Source: Planctomycetota bacterium
GTDB taxonomy: Bacteria; Planctomycetota; UBA8108; SXIK01
Reading direction: 5' to 3'
Assembly (NCBI GenBank): GCA_965223265.1
Contig: OZ244999.1
Span: forward strand, 4,096,001 to 4,160,000
Length of the DNA: 64,000 bases
Position numbers and translations under genes: made by a program. The notes below the pieces were generated by a model. The model was given only the letters and a program-made list of their open reading frames with translations. It was not told the DNA's origin and searched no databases. Within the stretch, counting starts at the first letter, position 1; each line of letters opens with the position of its first letter. Shown one piece after another: positions 11,921 through 21,512 of this stretch.

Positions 11921-11953
11921 TTCATAACGTATTCATAACGTATTCATAACGTA
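11921..11953 (+). repeat. Three perfect tandem copies of TTCATAACGTA (11 bp)
   Basis: Read directly: 11921-11931, 11932-11942, 11943-11953. Confidence 0.9.
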
Positions 11954-11998
11954 GAAGTGACCGGCAAGATCGAGCCCCAATTGACCAACAATCGCCCT

Positions 11999-12090
11999 TT
12001 AACAGCTCGCTTGAAAAAGTCATTCGGCCGAGAAACAGGCCTCTTCGCATCCAGTTTTCGACTCGAAGTACTTTTTCAACAGGCTGTTAA
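11999..12090. mobile_element. MITE-like remnant with imperfect terminal inverted repeats
   Basis: ttaacagctcgcttgaaaaagt (11999-12020) versus actttttcaacaggctgttaa (12070-12090); no transposase. Confidence 0.5.
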
Positions 12091-12176
12091 CTCGAGGTTA
12101 ACTCGAGGTTAAAACCAGACCGCGACGCGGCTGCCATCCTGGATCCCTTCCCTTCATCGAATCTGCATAAGAACGA

Positions 12177-15100
12177 ATGCTTCGACCTCGACCACACATC
12201 TTCGCCGCGATCGTTTGTCCTCTCCTGTGCATCGCGCTGACAGCAGCTCTTTCCGCCGCCGACTGCAACTTCAACGGCATTGAGGATGGCGACGAGACGG
12301 CTCAGTCAACAGACCTTGACTGCAACGCCAACGGCATCCCGGACACGTGCGAGACCGCACCGCCAGCATTTAGAGCGCGGTCTGTTCTGAGCGTCGGTGG
12401 CGTCGCCAACAGCTTTCCGTGCGGTGACGTCAACGGCGACGAGATCCCTGACGTGATCGCAGGACACAATCGCGGCTTCACGGTTCTCCTGCAGCGACCG
12501 GCCGAGAGAGAATTCGACGCCACCGACTACCCGGTCGACGGTGCCGGCAAAAAGTGGCTCCTTTTGGACGTCGACAGCGACAATGATCTCGACGTCGTCG
12601 GTGTGCAGACACGCCGCGTAGTGACATTCCTCAACAATGGCGAGGCCGAGTTTGCGGGTCCCGTCGATACCGAGTTCGACTCGGGAGTTGAGTCGTTCGC
12701 CGCAGGCGACATCGATGCAGACGGCATCGTTGACGTAGTGCTCACGAATCGGGTCCGCGACCAGGTCTCCGTTTTGTTCGGCCGCGGCGATGGCCGATTC
12801 GATCGCGCCGCCCATACGGCCGTCGGAGAGTTCCCACTCGCGGTGGCTATCGCCGACCTCGACGGCGACGGCGACCTCGACGTTGCGACCGCCAACCGCG
12901 ATGGCAACAGCGTCACGCTCCTCTCCAACGATCAAGGCGAGCTGGGTGAACGACAGGACGTCCAGGTCTCTGGGAGCTCACCGCAAGCCATCGTCGCCGC
13001 AGACTTCGGCGGCACGTCGCTTCCCGAACTGGTTGTTGGCACTCTTTCTTCGACGCTACTTTTGGAGAATCGAGGCGGCGAGCTGACACCAAGAGACCTG
13101 ACGGTCGGCCTCGGGATTCAGCAACTCAGCGTCACGGACGTCAACGGTGACGGAAAGGACGACATCGTTGGCAGCATTCTCGACCCGCGCGCGTTCTGGA
13201 CACTGACGTCTCTCGACGCAGGTGAATTCTCCCTCCACTCCTTCAATCTTGGAGACCGGCCGGAGGCGACCGAGGGCTGTGACCTCGACGGCGATGGCGA
13301 CAGCGAGCTGTGTCTCGGCTTCTTCGGACTCGAGACGGTGAACGTGCTCTGGAACGATGACAGCGTCGAGCGCAACTTTCTTTCGTTCGGCGCTCCTGAG
13401 TTTTACGAGGCGGGCGGAAGACCGCACACCGCCGGCACGGCTGACTTCAACGGTGACGGACACCTCGACCTCGTCACCGGCAACAATCGCAACAGCTCGA
13501 CGGGTATGTCGGTCTACATCAATCGCGGCGATGGAACGTTTCTACCTCGCGCGCACTACAACTCCATCGCCAGATCGTTCGCGATGGTCGTCGACGATTT
13601 CGACTTAGACGGCCACCTGGAATTCGCGGTGGCAGACCCCTCGCAGAATAAGCCGGACATCGGCGTCATGCGAAACCGAGGCGACGGCACGTTCGTCTCC
13701 AGCCATACGCACAATTTGACGGGAGGTGCGTTTCACGTCACATCAGGAGATCTCGACGGCGACAGTTTTCCTGACCTCGTTGCGTCGATGCAGGGTGTCG
13801 GTGCTGTCGCGCTACTCTTCAATGCTGGAGACGGCACGTTCACGAACGTCACCGACATTCGCGTTGGCGCCCGTCCCGTGAGCGCCGCAGTGGTCGACGT
13901 GGACGATGACGGACACCGCGACATCGCTGTAGCGACGCTTTCTGGGGGTGGGATCGATTTGCTTCGGGGTGATGGCAGCGGGCTCTTCTCAGATCCCGAG
14001 AGGTTTCCGTTGGCCAACTCGCCTTCGTTCGTGATTGCGGTCGACATGAACGTCGACGGAGCTCCGGATCTCGTCACCGTGAGCGAATCGGGACAGAACG
14101 CGACGGTTCTATGGAATCAAGGACGGGGAGGATTCTCGGCCTCGCAGCCGTGGCCGCTGCGGACAAAGCCCTATTCGGTCCTCGAGGGTGACATGAACGC
14201 CGACGGCTTGCCAGATATCGTTGCGCTCAGTGAGCTGATCGGGAATTTCTCGCTGCTGCTCAATGGCGGCGACATGACGTTCAGCTCTCCGATACTGCTC
14301 GGGACGGGGCCGGGGCCGCGATACGGCGCGATCGGCGACTTCGATGGCACCGGGACGGATGACCTCATGAGTGCGAATCGCCCCGGCAACAGTATCACGG
14401 TGATCCGCAACCAAACGGATGTGGCGTCGTTTCCCGCGGCGGCGCTAGAGCTGATCTGCACGGAAAAGAACTTCCTCGATATCTCTCGCCGGGTCACCAC
14501 GCGCGGTTTGACGGTACGAGCGACGAAGTACGTAGCGCCCGCGCGAGCCGACGACGCGTCGCTTCTCTCGACGCAGTACCAGAACGTCAACCGCTTCGAG
14601 CTGCACGAAGAGTTCCTCGGCGCGGTGTTCCCCGAGCGCTTCCCGTCGCTGCCGGGCGACCGCGAGTTCTACAACCAGCTCATCGGCCGCCGCGCCACGC
14701 GTGACTACTACGTCGGCGTCTTGACGCGTCGCCAAGCGGAAAGCGGCCCGCTCTACACCTTCACCGCCGTCACCGACACCGGCTTCAGCGTCGGCGAGAT
14801 TCTCGAGCAAGAGGAGCTCGAAGGCCTCTACACCACTCTCAAGGAGTCGTTCACTCTCGAGCCCCTTGCCTACGAGCCCGACACCGAGCTCGCCCGCCGC
14901 AAAGCCGAGACCTTCCAAAACCCACAGTTCCCCGTCCACTTCGACGACGGCGCCGCCGGGCTCGACTACGAGCCCTACACCCTCGCCACCGGCTACGGCC
15001 GCGTGCGACTCTTGACGCTCGAAGAGTTCAACGACGCCAACGACAGCGGCACCTTCACCTTCCAGGACGTCCTCGTCGTCGATCTCGCGCCGCGCGACAT

Positions 15101-17618
15101 CGAAGGCATCGTCGGCGGTGTCATCACCGCCGAGCCCCAGGGAAACCTCAGCCACGTTGCCGTGCGCACCGCGCGACGCGGCACCCCCAACGCCTTCGTC
15201 AAAGACGCCCGCGACGTCTTCGCACCACTAGAAGGCAAGCTCGTGCGCCTGCAGGTCTTCGACACCGAGTTCTTCGTCGACGAGGTCGAGCTCGAAGAGG
15301 CCCAGGAGTTTTGGGACTCCAACCGACCGCGCTTCGAACCGCCGCCCACGTTCGACGAGCTCTACAGCGCCCTCGACTCGCTCGCAGAGATCGACCTCGA
15401 CAGCGACCCCGTCAGCCGCTTCGGCGGCAAGGCGAGCAACTTCTCCAGGCTCCAGCGCCTCCTCACCGGCACCTACCAGCAGTACCAAGAGCGCGGCTTC
15501 GCCATCCCCATGCACCACTACCTGCGCTTCATGAACGAAAACACCCTCACACTCGAGGGCGGCAGAACCCTCACCTTTCAGCAACACCTCGACGAGATCC
15601 TCGCCGCCCCCGAGTTTCAGAGCGACTCGCAGCTGCGCTTTGAGGCCCTCGATGAGTTTCGCGATCGCGTCCGAGGCGAAGGCGTCGTCGACCCAGCACT
15701 GATCGCCGCGCTCGCTGTGCGCATCGAAGAGGTCTTCGGTGACACCACCACCATGGTGCGCTTTCGCTCCTCCTCCAACGTCGAAGACCGCCTCGTCTTC
15801 AACGGCGCCGGACTCTACGAGTCCACCTCGGTCTGCGCCCAGGACACCCTCGACCCCGCCTCCCCCGACGCCTCGCACTGCGACCCGACGCGCACCAATG
15901 AACGCACGATCGAACGCGCGCTCAAGAAAGTCTGGAGCAGCCTCTGGACCTTCAGAGCTCACGAGGAGAGGACCTTCTTTCAGATCCCCCCACAGCTCGC
16001 CTCCATGGGAATCCTCTGCAGCCGAGCCTTTCTTGACGAGAGCGCCAACGGCGTCGCCTTCACCGGAAACCCCACCAGTGTCGACGACAAGCGCTACGTC
16101 ATCACCGCCCAGCTCGGCGAAGAGAGCGTCGTCAGCCCAGAGCCCGGAGTCTCGATCGAGCGCAGCTTGCTGGAAGTGGCAGGCGGCCAGGTCGTGCGCA
16201 TCATCCGCGATCGCTCCTCAACTCTTGTCCCACCCGGTGAGGTCATCCTCACCGACGAGCAGCTCATCGAGCTCGGAGGCGTCATGGCGCACGCCGACGC
16301 TGCGTTCGAGCTCGACCTCGAAGGGCACCAGCGGCGTGAGGTGCTGCTCGACTTCGAGTTCAAGATCGAGCCCGACGGTTCGCTCGCGATCAAGCAGGTG
16401 CGCCCTTTCCTCATTCCGAACACCGCGCCGAAAACGCCCACCTTCGAGCTCGAGGTGCCTGAGGGAAGCATGGTCTGCTCAGTCTTCTCCAAGGAGCGCG
16501 TCGGACGCGAGCCGCGCCGCGAGTTCGAAACCAAGAGCACCGTGCGGCTGGTGCCCGGGGTGATCACGCTGCCGACGGCCAGTGACACGCTCTCCGGCGA
16601 GCTCTTCGCTGAGGTGCGCTTCGGAGCAGCGCAGGAACTCGCCGTGCCGCTCGAGGACGGGCTCTTTCGACTCGAGAAGGTGAGCGCCGGCGGCAGTCTG
16701 ACCACCTATCGATTCAGCTTCGAGCAGACCTTTGCCCTCGGTGAGAGCGACGTGCTCGCGCTGCGCGTCTTTGGCATCGACTTTAAGGGACGCGGCGAAG
16801 TGCCGATCGAGCCCGCCGTCACCCTCAACGACGAATACCTGACGTTCGACCTCACCATGGAAGCAGAGCTCAACGGCGAGCCCATCGCAAGCTACTCCTC
16901 ATGCACCTACTCCCTCCTGCCGCAGTTCGAGCTCGCCTTCGAACTCGACGGCGGTGACTCCATCAATATCAGAGAGCGGTTCCTCGAAGCCGAGAGCTTA
17001 ACGTCCACCGGACCGGCGGCTGTCGTCCACGCTGCCGTGGAGCTCGGCGGCGAGCGTCGCGTCGTCACCGACTACTGGAAACTCGTCTACACCGCACAGC
17101 GACACAACTTGGAAGTACGCTACTGGATTCTCTTCGAGCCAGCGATCTCCGCCGCTGGACTAGCGAAACCGGTTCACGCCGTGGAGGTCGCGCCGGCCGA
17201 CCGTGAAATCGTCGTGCCGCCAGGTGCGCCGCCCATCGTAAGGCGCACCGAGTCGAGCGTCACGTTCCTCGACGCTGACTTTGAGCCTATTGCAACGCCC
17301 GCCGTCATCGACTTCTCGCGCCGCACGGTCGACTCGACGGAACCGCGGTTTCGCCGCGGTGACGTCAACTCCGATGGCATCATCGACCTCGCCGATGCTC
17401 TCGCCGAGCTCAGTTATCTATTCCGCAGTGGTGAGACACCCGTTTGCCTCAAGGCTGCCGACGCCGACGATGATGGTCGACTCAACGTCTCCGATGCGAT
17501 CACGATTCTTCTGCACCTGTTTCGAGGTGCTGGGCCGCTGCCGCAGCCGGGCGTCGCATGTGGAGTCGACTCCTCGTCGGACGCACTCGCATGCGAGTCG
17601 CAAAGCGGTTGCCGATAA
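12177..17618 (+). CDS. Secreted multidomain protein: DCNxNG repeats, FG-GAP propellers, phosphohistidine domain, PEP-synthase/PPDK-type ATP-grasp domain, C-terminal dockerin-like module
   Basis: Signal peptide ...LCIALTAALSAA; GGVIT...LSHVAVRTARRGTPNA; FGGKASN, GFAIP, VRFRSSSNVED..FNGAGLYES, ALKKVWSSLW, NGVAFTGNP, DFEFKI, KQVRP; FRRGDVNSDG dockerin. Confidence 0.9.
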   Translation: MLRPRPHIFAAIVCPLLCIALTAALSAADCNFNGIEDGDETAQSTDLDCNANGIPDTCETAPPAFRARSVLSVGGVANSFPCGDVNGDEIPDVIAGHNRGFTVLLQRPAEREFDATDYPVDGAGKKWLLLDVDSDNDLDVVGVQTRRVVTFLNNGEAEFAGPVDTEFDSGVESFAAGDIDADGIVDVVLTNRVRDQVSVLFGRGDGRFDRAAHTAVGEFPLAVAIADLDGDGDLDVATANRDGNSVTLLSNDQGELGERQDVQVSGSSPQAIVAADFGGTSLPELVVGTLSSTLLLENRGGELTPRDLTVGLGIQQLSVTDVNGDGKDDIVGSILDPRAFWTLTSLDAGEFSLHSFNLGDRPEATEGCDLDGDGDSELCLGFFGLETVNVLWNDDSVERNFLSFGAPEFYEAGGRPHTAGTADFNGDGHLDLVTGNNRNSSTGMSVYINRGDGTFLPRAHYNSIARSFAMVVDDFDLDGHLEFAVADPSQNKPDIGVMRNRGDGTFVSSHTHNLTGGAFHVTSGDLDGDSFPDLVASMQGVGAVALLFNAGDGTFTNVTDIRVGARPVSAAVVDVDDDGHRDIAVATLSGGGIDLLRGDGSGLFSDPERFPLANSPSFVIAVDMNVDGAPDLVTVSESGQNATVLWNQGRGGFSASQPWPLRTKPYSVLEGDMNADGLPDIVALSELIGNFSLLLNGGDMTFSSPILLGTGPGPRYGAIGDFDGTGTDDLMSANRPGNSITVIRNQTDVASFPAAALELICTEKNFLDISRRVTTRGLTVRATKYVAPARADDASLLSTQYQNVNRFELHEEFLGAVFPERFPSLPGDREFYNQLIGRRATRDYYVGVLTRRQAESGPLYTFTAVTDTGFSVGEILEQEELEGLYTTLKESFTLEPLAYEPDTELARRKAETFQNPQFPVHFDDGAAGLDYEPYTLATGYGRVRLLTLEEFNDANDSGTFTFQDVLVVDLAPRDIEGIVGGVITAEPQGNLSHVAVRTARRGTPNAFVKDARDVFAPLEGKLVRLQVFDTEFFVDEVELEEAQEFWDSNRPRFEPPPTFDELYSALDSLAEIDLDSDPVSRFGGKASNFSRLQRLLTGTYQQYQERGFAIPMHHYLRFMNENTLTLEGGRTLTFQQHLDEILAAPEFQSDSQLRFEALDEFRDRVRGEGVVDPALIAALAVRIEEVFGDTTTMVRFRSSSNVEDRLVFNGAGLYESTSVCAQDTLDPASPDASHCDPTRTNERTIERALKKVWSSLWTFRAHEERTFFQIPPQLASMGILCSRAFLDESANGVAFTGNPTSVDDKRYVITAQLGEESVVSPEPGVSIERSLLEVAGGQVVRIIRDRSSTLVPPGEVILTDEQLIELGGVMAHADAAFELDLEGHQRREVLLDFEFKIEPDGSLAIKQVRPFLIPNTAPKTPTFELEVPEGSMVCSVFSKERVGREPRREFETKSTVRLVPGVITLPTASDTLSGELFAEVRFGAAQELAVPLEDGLFRLEKVSAGGSLTTYRFSFEQTFALGESDVLALRVFGIDFKGRGEVPIEPAVTLNDEYLTFDLTMEAELNGEPIASYSSCTYSLLPQFELAFELDGGDSINIRERFLEAESLTSTGPAAVVHAAVELGGERRVVTDYWKLVYTAQRHNLEVRYWILFEPAISAAGLAKPVHAVEVAPADREIVVPPGAPPIVRRTESSVTFLDADFEPIATPAVIDFSRRTVDSTEPRFRRGDVNSDGIIDLADALAELSYLFRSGETPVCLKAADADDDGRLNVSDAITILLHLFRGAGPLPQPGVACGVDSSSDALACESQSGCR

Positions 17619-17719
17619 GCCCGCCGGAGAACGCGGCGCCAGAGCGCGAGTTGCCACTGGCGAACACCGGGGACCTCAATGGCTGGATCAACGCGAGAAC
17701 GGGCGGTTATGCTGGTGGC

Positions 17720-19861
17720 ATGATCTATTCCAATCGCACAACGCGAAACACGCACGATCAGGCGCCTCGCACCATCACTTCTCTCTTCACGGTTTTGATC
17801 GCCTCGGCGGTCTGGACATCCATCGTCTGCAGCGCACCGGATGACACCGAGGGGCGGACGCAGCGTCCCCCACTCAGCGCGAATGCTAGCGAGCTCCTCA
17901 CACGCGCCGGCAACTCCGATTCGGACGCCGAACGCCTCGGTCTCCTGCGCAAGCTGTACCGTCTCGACGGGCTCGACCCCGAGTTGCGCATGGAGCTCGA
18001 CGTCTTGCTGCCTGTCGCAGAGAAGTGGGTTGAGTCGCCGTTCCTGCCTTTCTTTTGGCGCGAATTTCGCGACAGCATCGAGTCTGACCTCGGCATCTCC
18101 AGTGCGTCACACCTCTATCCGCTCAGGTGCCTCTACCGCGGCCGCATGCTCGTTTGGAACACGCTCGAGATGGGAAACATCATCCGCAACCCAGCGCTGC
18201 GGCGACAGTTTCTCGACCAGGCCGTCGCTGACTTCAAGGTGGCTCTCGCGGCGTTTCCGAAGAACCGCATTCTGCGCATGTATCTCGGCGAGCCGATCGC
18301 GTGGGAAAAGCCGATCGCGGTGCCGAAAAGGGCGCCGCGCTGGGCCGCCCTGCAGCGGGAGAACTTGGAGAGGCTCAGCGACATCATCGTGTGGTGGATC
18401 GAAAAGCGCATGCAGCCCGACGGCCAGTACGGCGGCGGCTGGGGCGACGACTGCGAAATGTGGCGCTGGTGGGCTCCCGTGCTGCTCGGATTCGATCACC
18501 CGCAGATCTCGTCCGCCCAAGCCCGCTTTTCGGCGGCGCTCATGTCGCAGCCGCACATGGAACGTGGTTACACCACGCGGATGACGGACGTCGAGCACAC
18601 GGCGGAGGATTCTGCCGACGCCATCACGCCGATGATGCACCTTGCACCGGAGCAAACGGAATGGCGCGCGCGCGCACTGCGTCTCGCTACGCTGATGGAA
18701 GAAAGCTGGACAGGCGTCAATCGACGCGGTTTTTTGCAGTTTCGAAGTACATATTTCACTGTCGACAAAGTCGACACCGCCCCCGAGCGTGCCTGCGACA
18801 CTGTCTACCATCCTCGTGCCGTGCAGCCGGCACTCCTCCTCTGGCAGCGAACGGGCGACCCACAGCTCGGCTCTCTCTTTCGCCGTTGGATGGATCTCTG
18901 GGTCGATGCCGCCGCGCGCTCTGAGCGCGGCAAGCCGGCCGGGATCGTCCCGTCCGCGATTCATTGGCCCGACGGCACAGTCGGCGGCCTCGCAGGCAAC
19001 TGGTGGGACCCGAACAACCACGACGAACCGACACTCTATCTGTGGCCCAGCGCGCTCGGCATGCTCAACGACACGCTGCTCTTGACCTATCACATGACAG
19101 GCGACGAAAAGTACCTTGCCCCGCTGCGAAGCATGGCGGCAATTCGCCTGGCGTACTTGAAGAGCGATCCACAGGGCTCTCCCGAACCGGGAAGCGAGCC
19201 ATGGTGTGCCTCGCGATTGCGCGGCCTGGCCGGAACGCTGGCGAAGTATCGCGCACTGACGAAGAACGGCGAGTTCGACGAGCTCCTCGAGCGGGAAGGT
19301 CTCACGCTCACCGCGGGCGAACGTTTCGCCGATCGAGTCCAACTCGAAGAGGAGCTCGTAGCCAGCGCGAAGTCGCTGCGCACGAACTTCGCCGGCTACA
19401 CCAGTGAGGTGCGCTGGACGGACCGCGTGCTGCGGTTTCCGGCGCTCTTCGGCGAGAATATGATGTTCCCAGGGGCACTCCCGGGTTTTCCGACACCAAA
19501 CCCTGGCCTCCTCTACCGGCTGGTGACCGGCGATCCGGGCTCGGCTGGATACTTTCCGCTCAATGCCGTGCGCTGGCGGACGCCACCAAAAGACATCGCG
19601 GTCCTCGTGACGCATTCCGAGACGGATCGATTCGCGGCCGAACTGTTTCATTTCGGCGCCAGCCCGCGGCCGATGGTGGCCGACCTCTACTTGCTCGCCA
19701 GAGGAAGCTACACGCTGACGCTGACTGCCGCGGCTCGAGCGGTGGCTCCGACGGCCGAACTGCTGCGCCGGGACATCGACGTCACTGGGCCCGTGACCCG
19801 CCTCAGCTTCGAGTTGCCACCCCAGCGGCTGGCGCACCTTGTCGTCGAGACCAAGCCCTGA
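17720..19861 (+). CDS. Exported hypothetical protein (helical-barrel-like, Trp/acidic motifs)
   Basis: Long ORF with host-like codon use; hydrophobic N-terminal segment; motifs QYGGGWGDDCEMWRWW and MTDVEHTAED; function unknown. Confidence 0.75.
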   Translation: MIYSNRTTRNTHDQAPRTITSLFTVLIASAVWTSIVCSAPDDTEGRTQRPPLSANASELLTRAGNSDSDAERLGLLRKLYRLDGLDPELRMELDVLLPVAEKWVESPFLPFFWREFRDSIESDLGISSASHLYPLRCLYRGRMLVWNTLEMGNIIRNPALRRQFLDQAVADFKVALAAFPKNRILRMYLGEPIAWEKPIAVPKRAPRWAALQRENLERLSDIIVWWIEKRMQPDGQYGGGWGDDCEMWRWWAPVLLGFDHPQISSAQARFSAALMSQPHMERGYTTRMTDVEHTAEDSADAITPMMHLAPEQTEWRARALRLATLMEESWTGVNRRGFLQFRSTYFTVDKVDTAPERACDTVYHPRAVQPALLLWQRTGDPQLGSLFRRWMDLWVDAAARSERGKPAGIVPSAIHWPDGTVGGLAGNWWDPNNHDEPTLYLWPSALGMLNDTLLLTYHMTGDEKYLAPLRSMAAIRLAYLKSDPQGSPEPGSEPWCASRLRGLAGTLAKYRALTKNGEFDELLEREGLTLTAGERFADRVQLEEELVASAKSLRTNFAGYTSEVRWTDRVLRFPALFGENMMFPGALPGFPTPNPGLLYRLVTGDPGSAGYFPLNAVRWRTPPKDIAVLVTHSETDRFAAELFHFGASPRPMVADLYLLARGSYTLTLTAAARAVAPTAELLRRDIDVTGPVTRLSFELPPQRLAHLVVETKP

Positions 19862-19948
19862 GGAATCCACAGCCTCGCGTGACGCGCTCACCTTCCCACG
19901 GCGCCTGAACAGTCCCTAGCATGCCGTGGCTGCGATCACACATCCGTT

Positions 19949-20317
19949 TCAACGCGCCTCTTCCATCAGAGTCAGGACGTTCCCATCCGGGTCTTTGAGA
20001 TGAGCTAGCGTGCCGCCAAAGTCCTGCTTTGCAGGCGGACCAGCGAACTCGACGCCTCGATCGGTCAATAGCTCGTATTGCCGAGCGATGTCCTCGACCA
20101 TAAGAGTGACGCCGACGAAACGGCCGACCAGCTTCCCTCCTTGCGCAACACGATCCGCTTCGCACTTTTCTATCGCCAGGCTCACATCGACTCCGGTTTC
20201 GAACTGCGCCCAGGAGGTCTTGTCGGTGTAGTCGATCTCCATGCCGAGCGTCTGAGTGTAGAAGTCGAGAGATCTCTCAAAATCGGTCACGAACACTCGC
20301 ACAAATCCTACTCTCAT
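19949..20317 (-). CDS. VOC / glyoxalase family protein
   Basis: VFVTDFERSLDFY...LG and DPDGNVLTL; RBS gaggaa. Confidence 0.9.
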   Translation of the reverse strand: MRVGFVRVFVTDFERSLDFYTQTLGMEIDYTDKTSWAQFETGVDVSLAIEKCEADRVAQGGKLVGRFVGVTLMVEDIARQYELLTDRGVEFAGPPAKQDFGGTLAHLKDPDGNVLTLMEEAR

Positions 20318-20375
20318 GGGAAGTTCCTCGTTGTGCCAACGCTCGCACCGCTTGTTCCGCCTTGAACGATCCGGT

Positions 20376-21512
20376 TCAAGATTCGACGAAGGCGCGAATC
20401 TCGTCGGCACGCGCTTTCGCGTCTTGCTCGCCGAGCTCGATTAAGCGCGACACGTAGTCGCCCTGAAACATCAGCATACTCAAATAGTCCGAGTTGCGCG
20501 TCTCCTTGGTTCCAAGGCCACGCATCATGAAGCGAAAAAGTCGCGGCAACTGGACTTCGTAGTCACCAGCAAGGCGGCCCAAGTCTTGGGACGGTCGCAC
20601 AACGAGAAGCCGGACGGGGTGAAGCCTGCCGCGAGCTTCCTGGGGACAGCTCTCGAGCAGCCGATTGATCCGCTCAAGGTTTTGAGCGTCATATTCGAGC
20701 ATATCGAGGAAGACGGAGTTCATCAGGACGCCAGCGATGTGGGCCGGAGGTGGATAGCCCTCGAGGGTCGTCATGCTTCCTTCCGCGGTGGTGCGCGGGT
20801 AACGCGTCGAGATGGCGACGATGCGGTCAGCACCCAGGTGGAGCGCCGGGGAAAGCGGCGCGGTCAACCGGATACCACCGTCACCATGCCACTCTTCTCC
20901 GACTTTGATAGCCGGAAAGAAGAGCGGCAGCGCCGATGACGCCATGATGTGATCGACCGTCAGTCGACACTCAACGGCGACGCGGTGGGCACGTTGCCAC
21001 ATCGTGCGGGCGCGTCCTTGAATCCAGGTGTTGGACTGAGCGGTACCATAGTTCGTCGTCGTGATGCCGACAGCGTCCAGCACACCGCTTTCAATGTTTC
21101 GCGTGACGTTAACGAGAACTTCGTCGGTGTGAGGCAAAGCCTTCAGGATGAACGATCGAAGCGGCGCGGTGTCGGCAAGCCCTCTCGCCTTCGGCGCTCT
21201 CAAGTGTCCGCCAGAGAAGAGACGCAGAGCCCACTGCGCCAGTCCTTTCATGACCGGGCGCGAATGGACCTGAAAGACATCCTCGACCTTCAGTCCGCGC
21301 CACAGCTCCGCCAACTGCTCGACCGACTCACCATAACTGCACGTCCGTGAAGCGAGATGTGCCGTATTGATCGCGCCGGCTGAGACGCCAGTGAGAATCG
21401 GTACGCGCAAATCGGGATAGAGTCGCCCGAGAAACCGCAGCACTCCCACCTGATAGGCCGCTCTCGCACCACCGCCGTTGAGAGCAAACCCCAGCTTTCC
21501 TTCGCAGCTCAA
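20376..21512 (-). CDS. Patatin-like phospholipase
   Basis: GGGARAAYQVG, GVSAG nucleophile motif, ASSALPLFFP, DGG. Confidence 0.92.
   Translation of the reverse strand: MSCEGKLGFALNGGGARAAYQVGVLRFLGRLYPDLRVPILTGVSAGAINTAHLASRTCSYGESVEQLAELWRGLKVEDVFQVHSRPVMKGLAQWALRLFSGGHLRAPKARGLADTAPLRSFILKALPHTDEVLVNVTRNIESGVLDAVGITTTNYGTAQSNTWIQGRARTMWQRAHRVAVECRLTVDHIMASSALPLFFPAIKVGEEWHGDGGIRLTAPLSPALHLGADRIVAISTRYPRTTAEGSMTTLEGYPPPAHIAGVLMNSVFLDMLEYDAQNLERINRLLESCPQEARGRLHPVRLLVVRPSQDLGRLAGDYEVQLPRLFRFMMRGLGTKETRNSDYLSMLMFQGDYVSRLIELGEQDAKARADEIRAFVES

Noticed and set aside
11921-12112. Short repeats as a possible CRISPR array
   Set aside because: Units are 11 bp and contiguous with no spacers, and no cas genes are present
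12177-17618. Annotation as PEP synthase (ppsA), PPDK or rifampin phosphotransferase
   Set aside because: Domain order is reversed, no PEP-binding barrel is seen, and it has a signal peptide and dockerin
18107-19891. 594-aa antisense ORF
   Set aside because: Shadow of the 17720-19861 gene; high GC suppresses stops and no motifs are present
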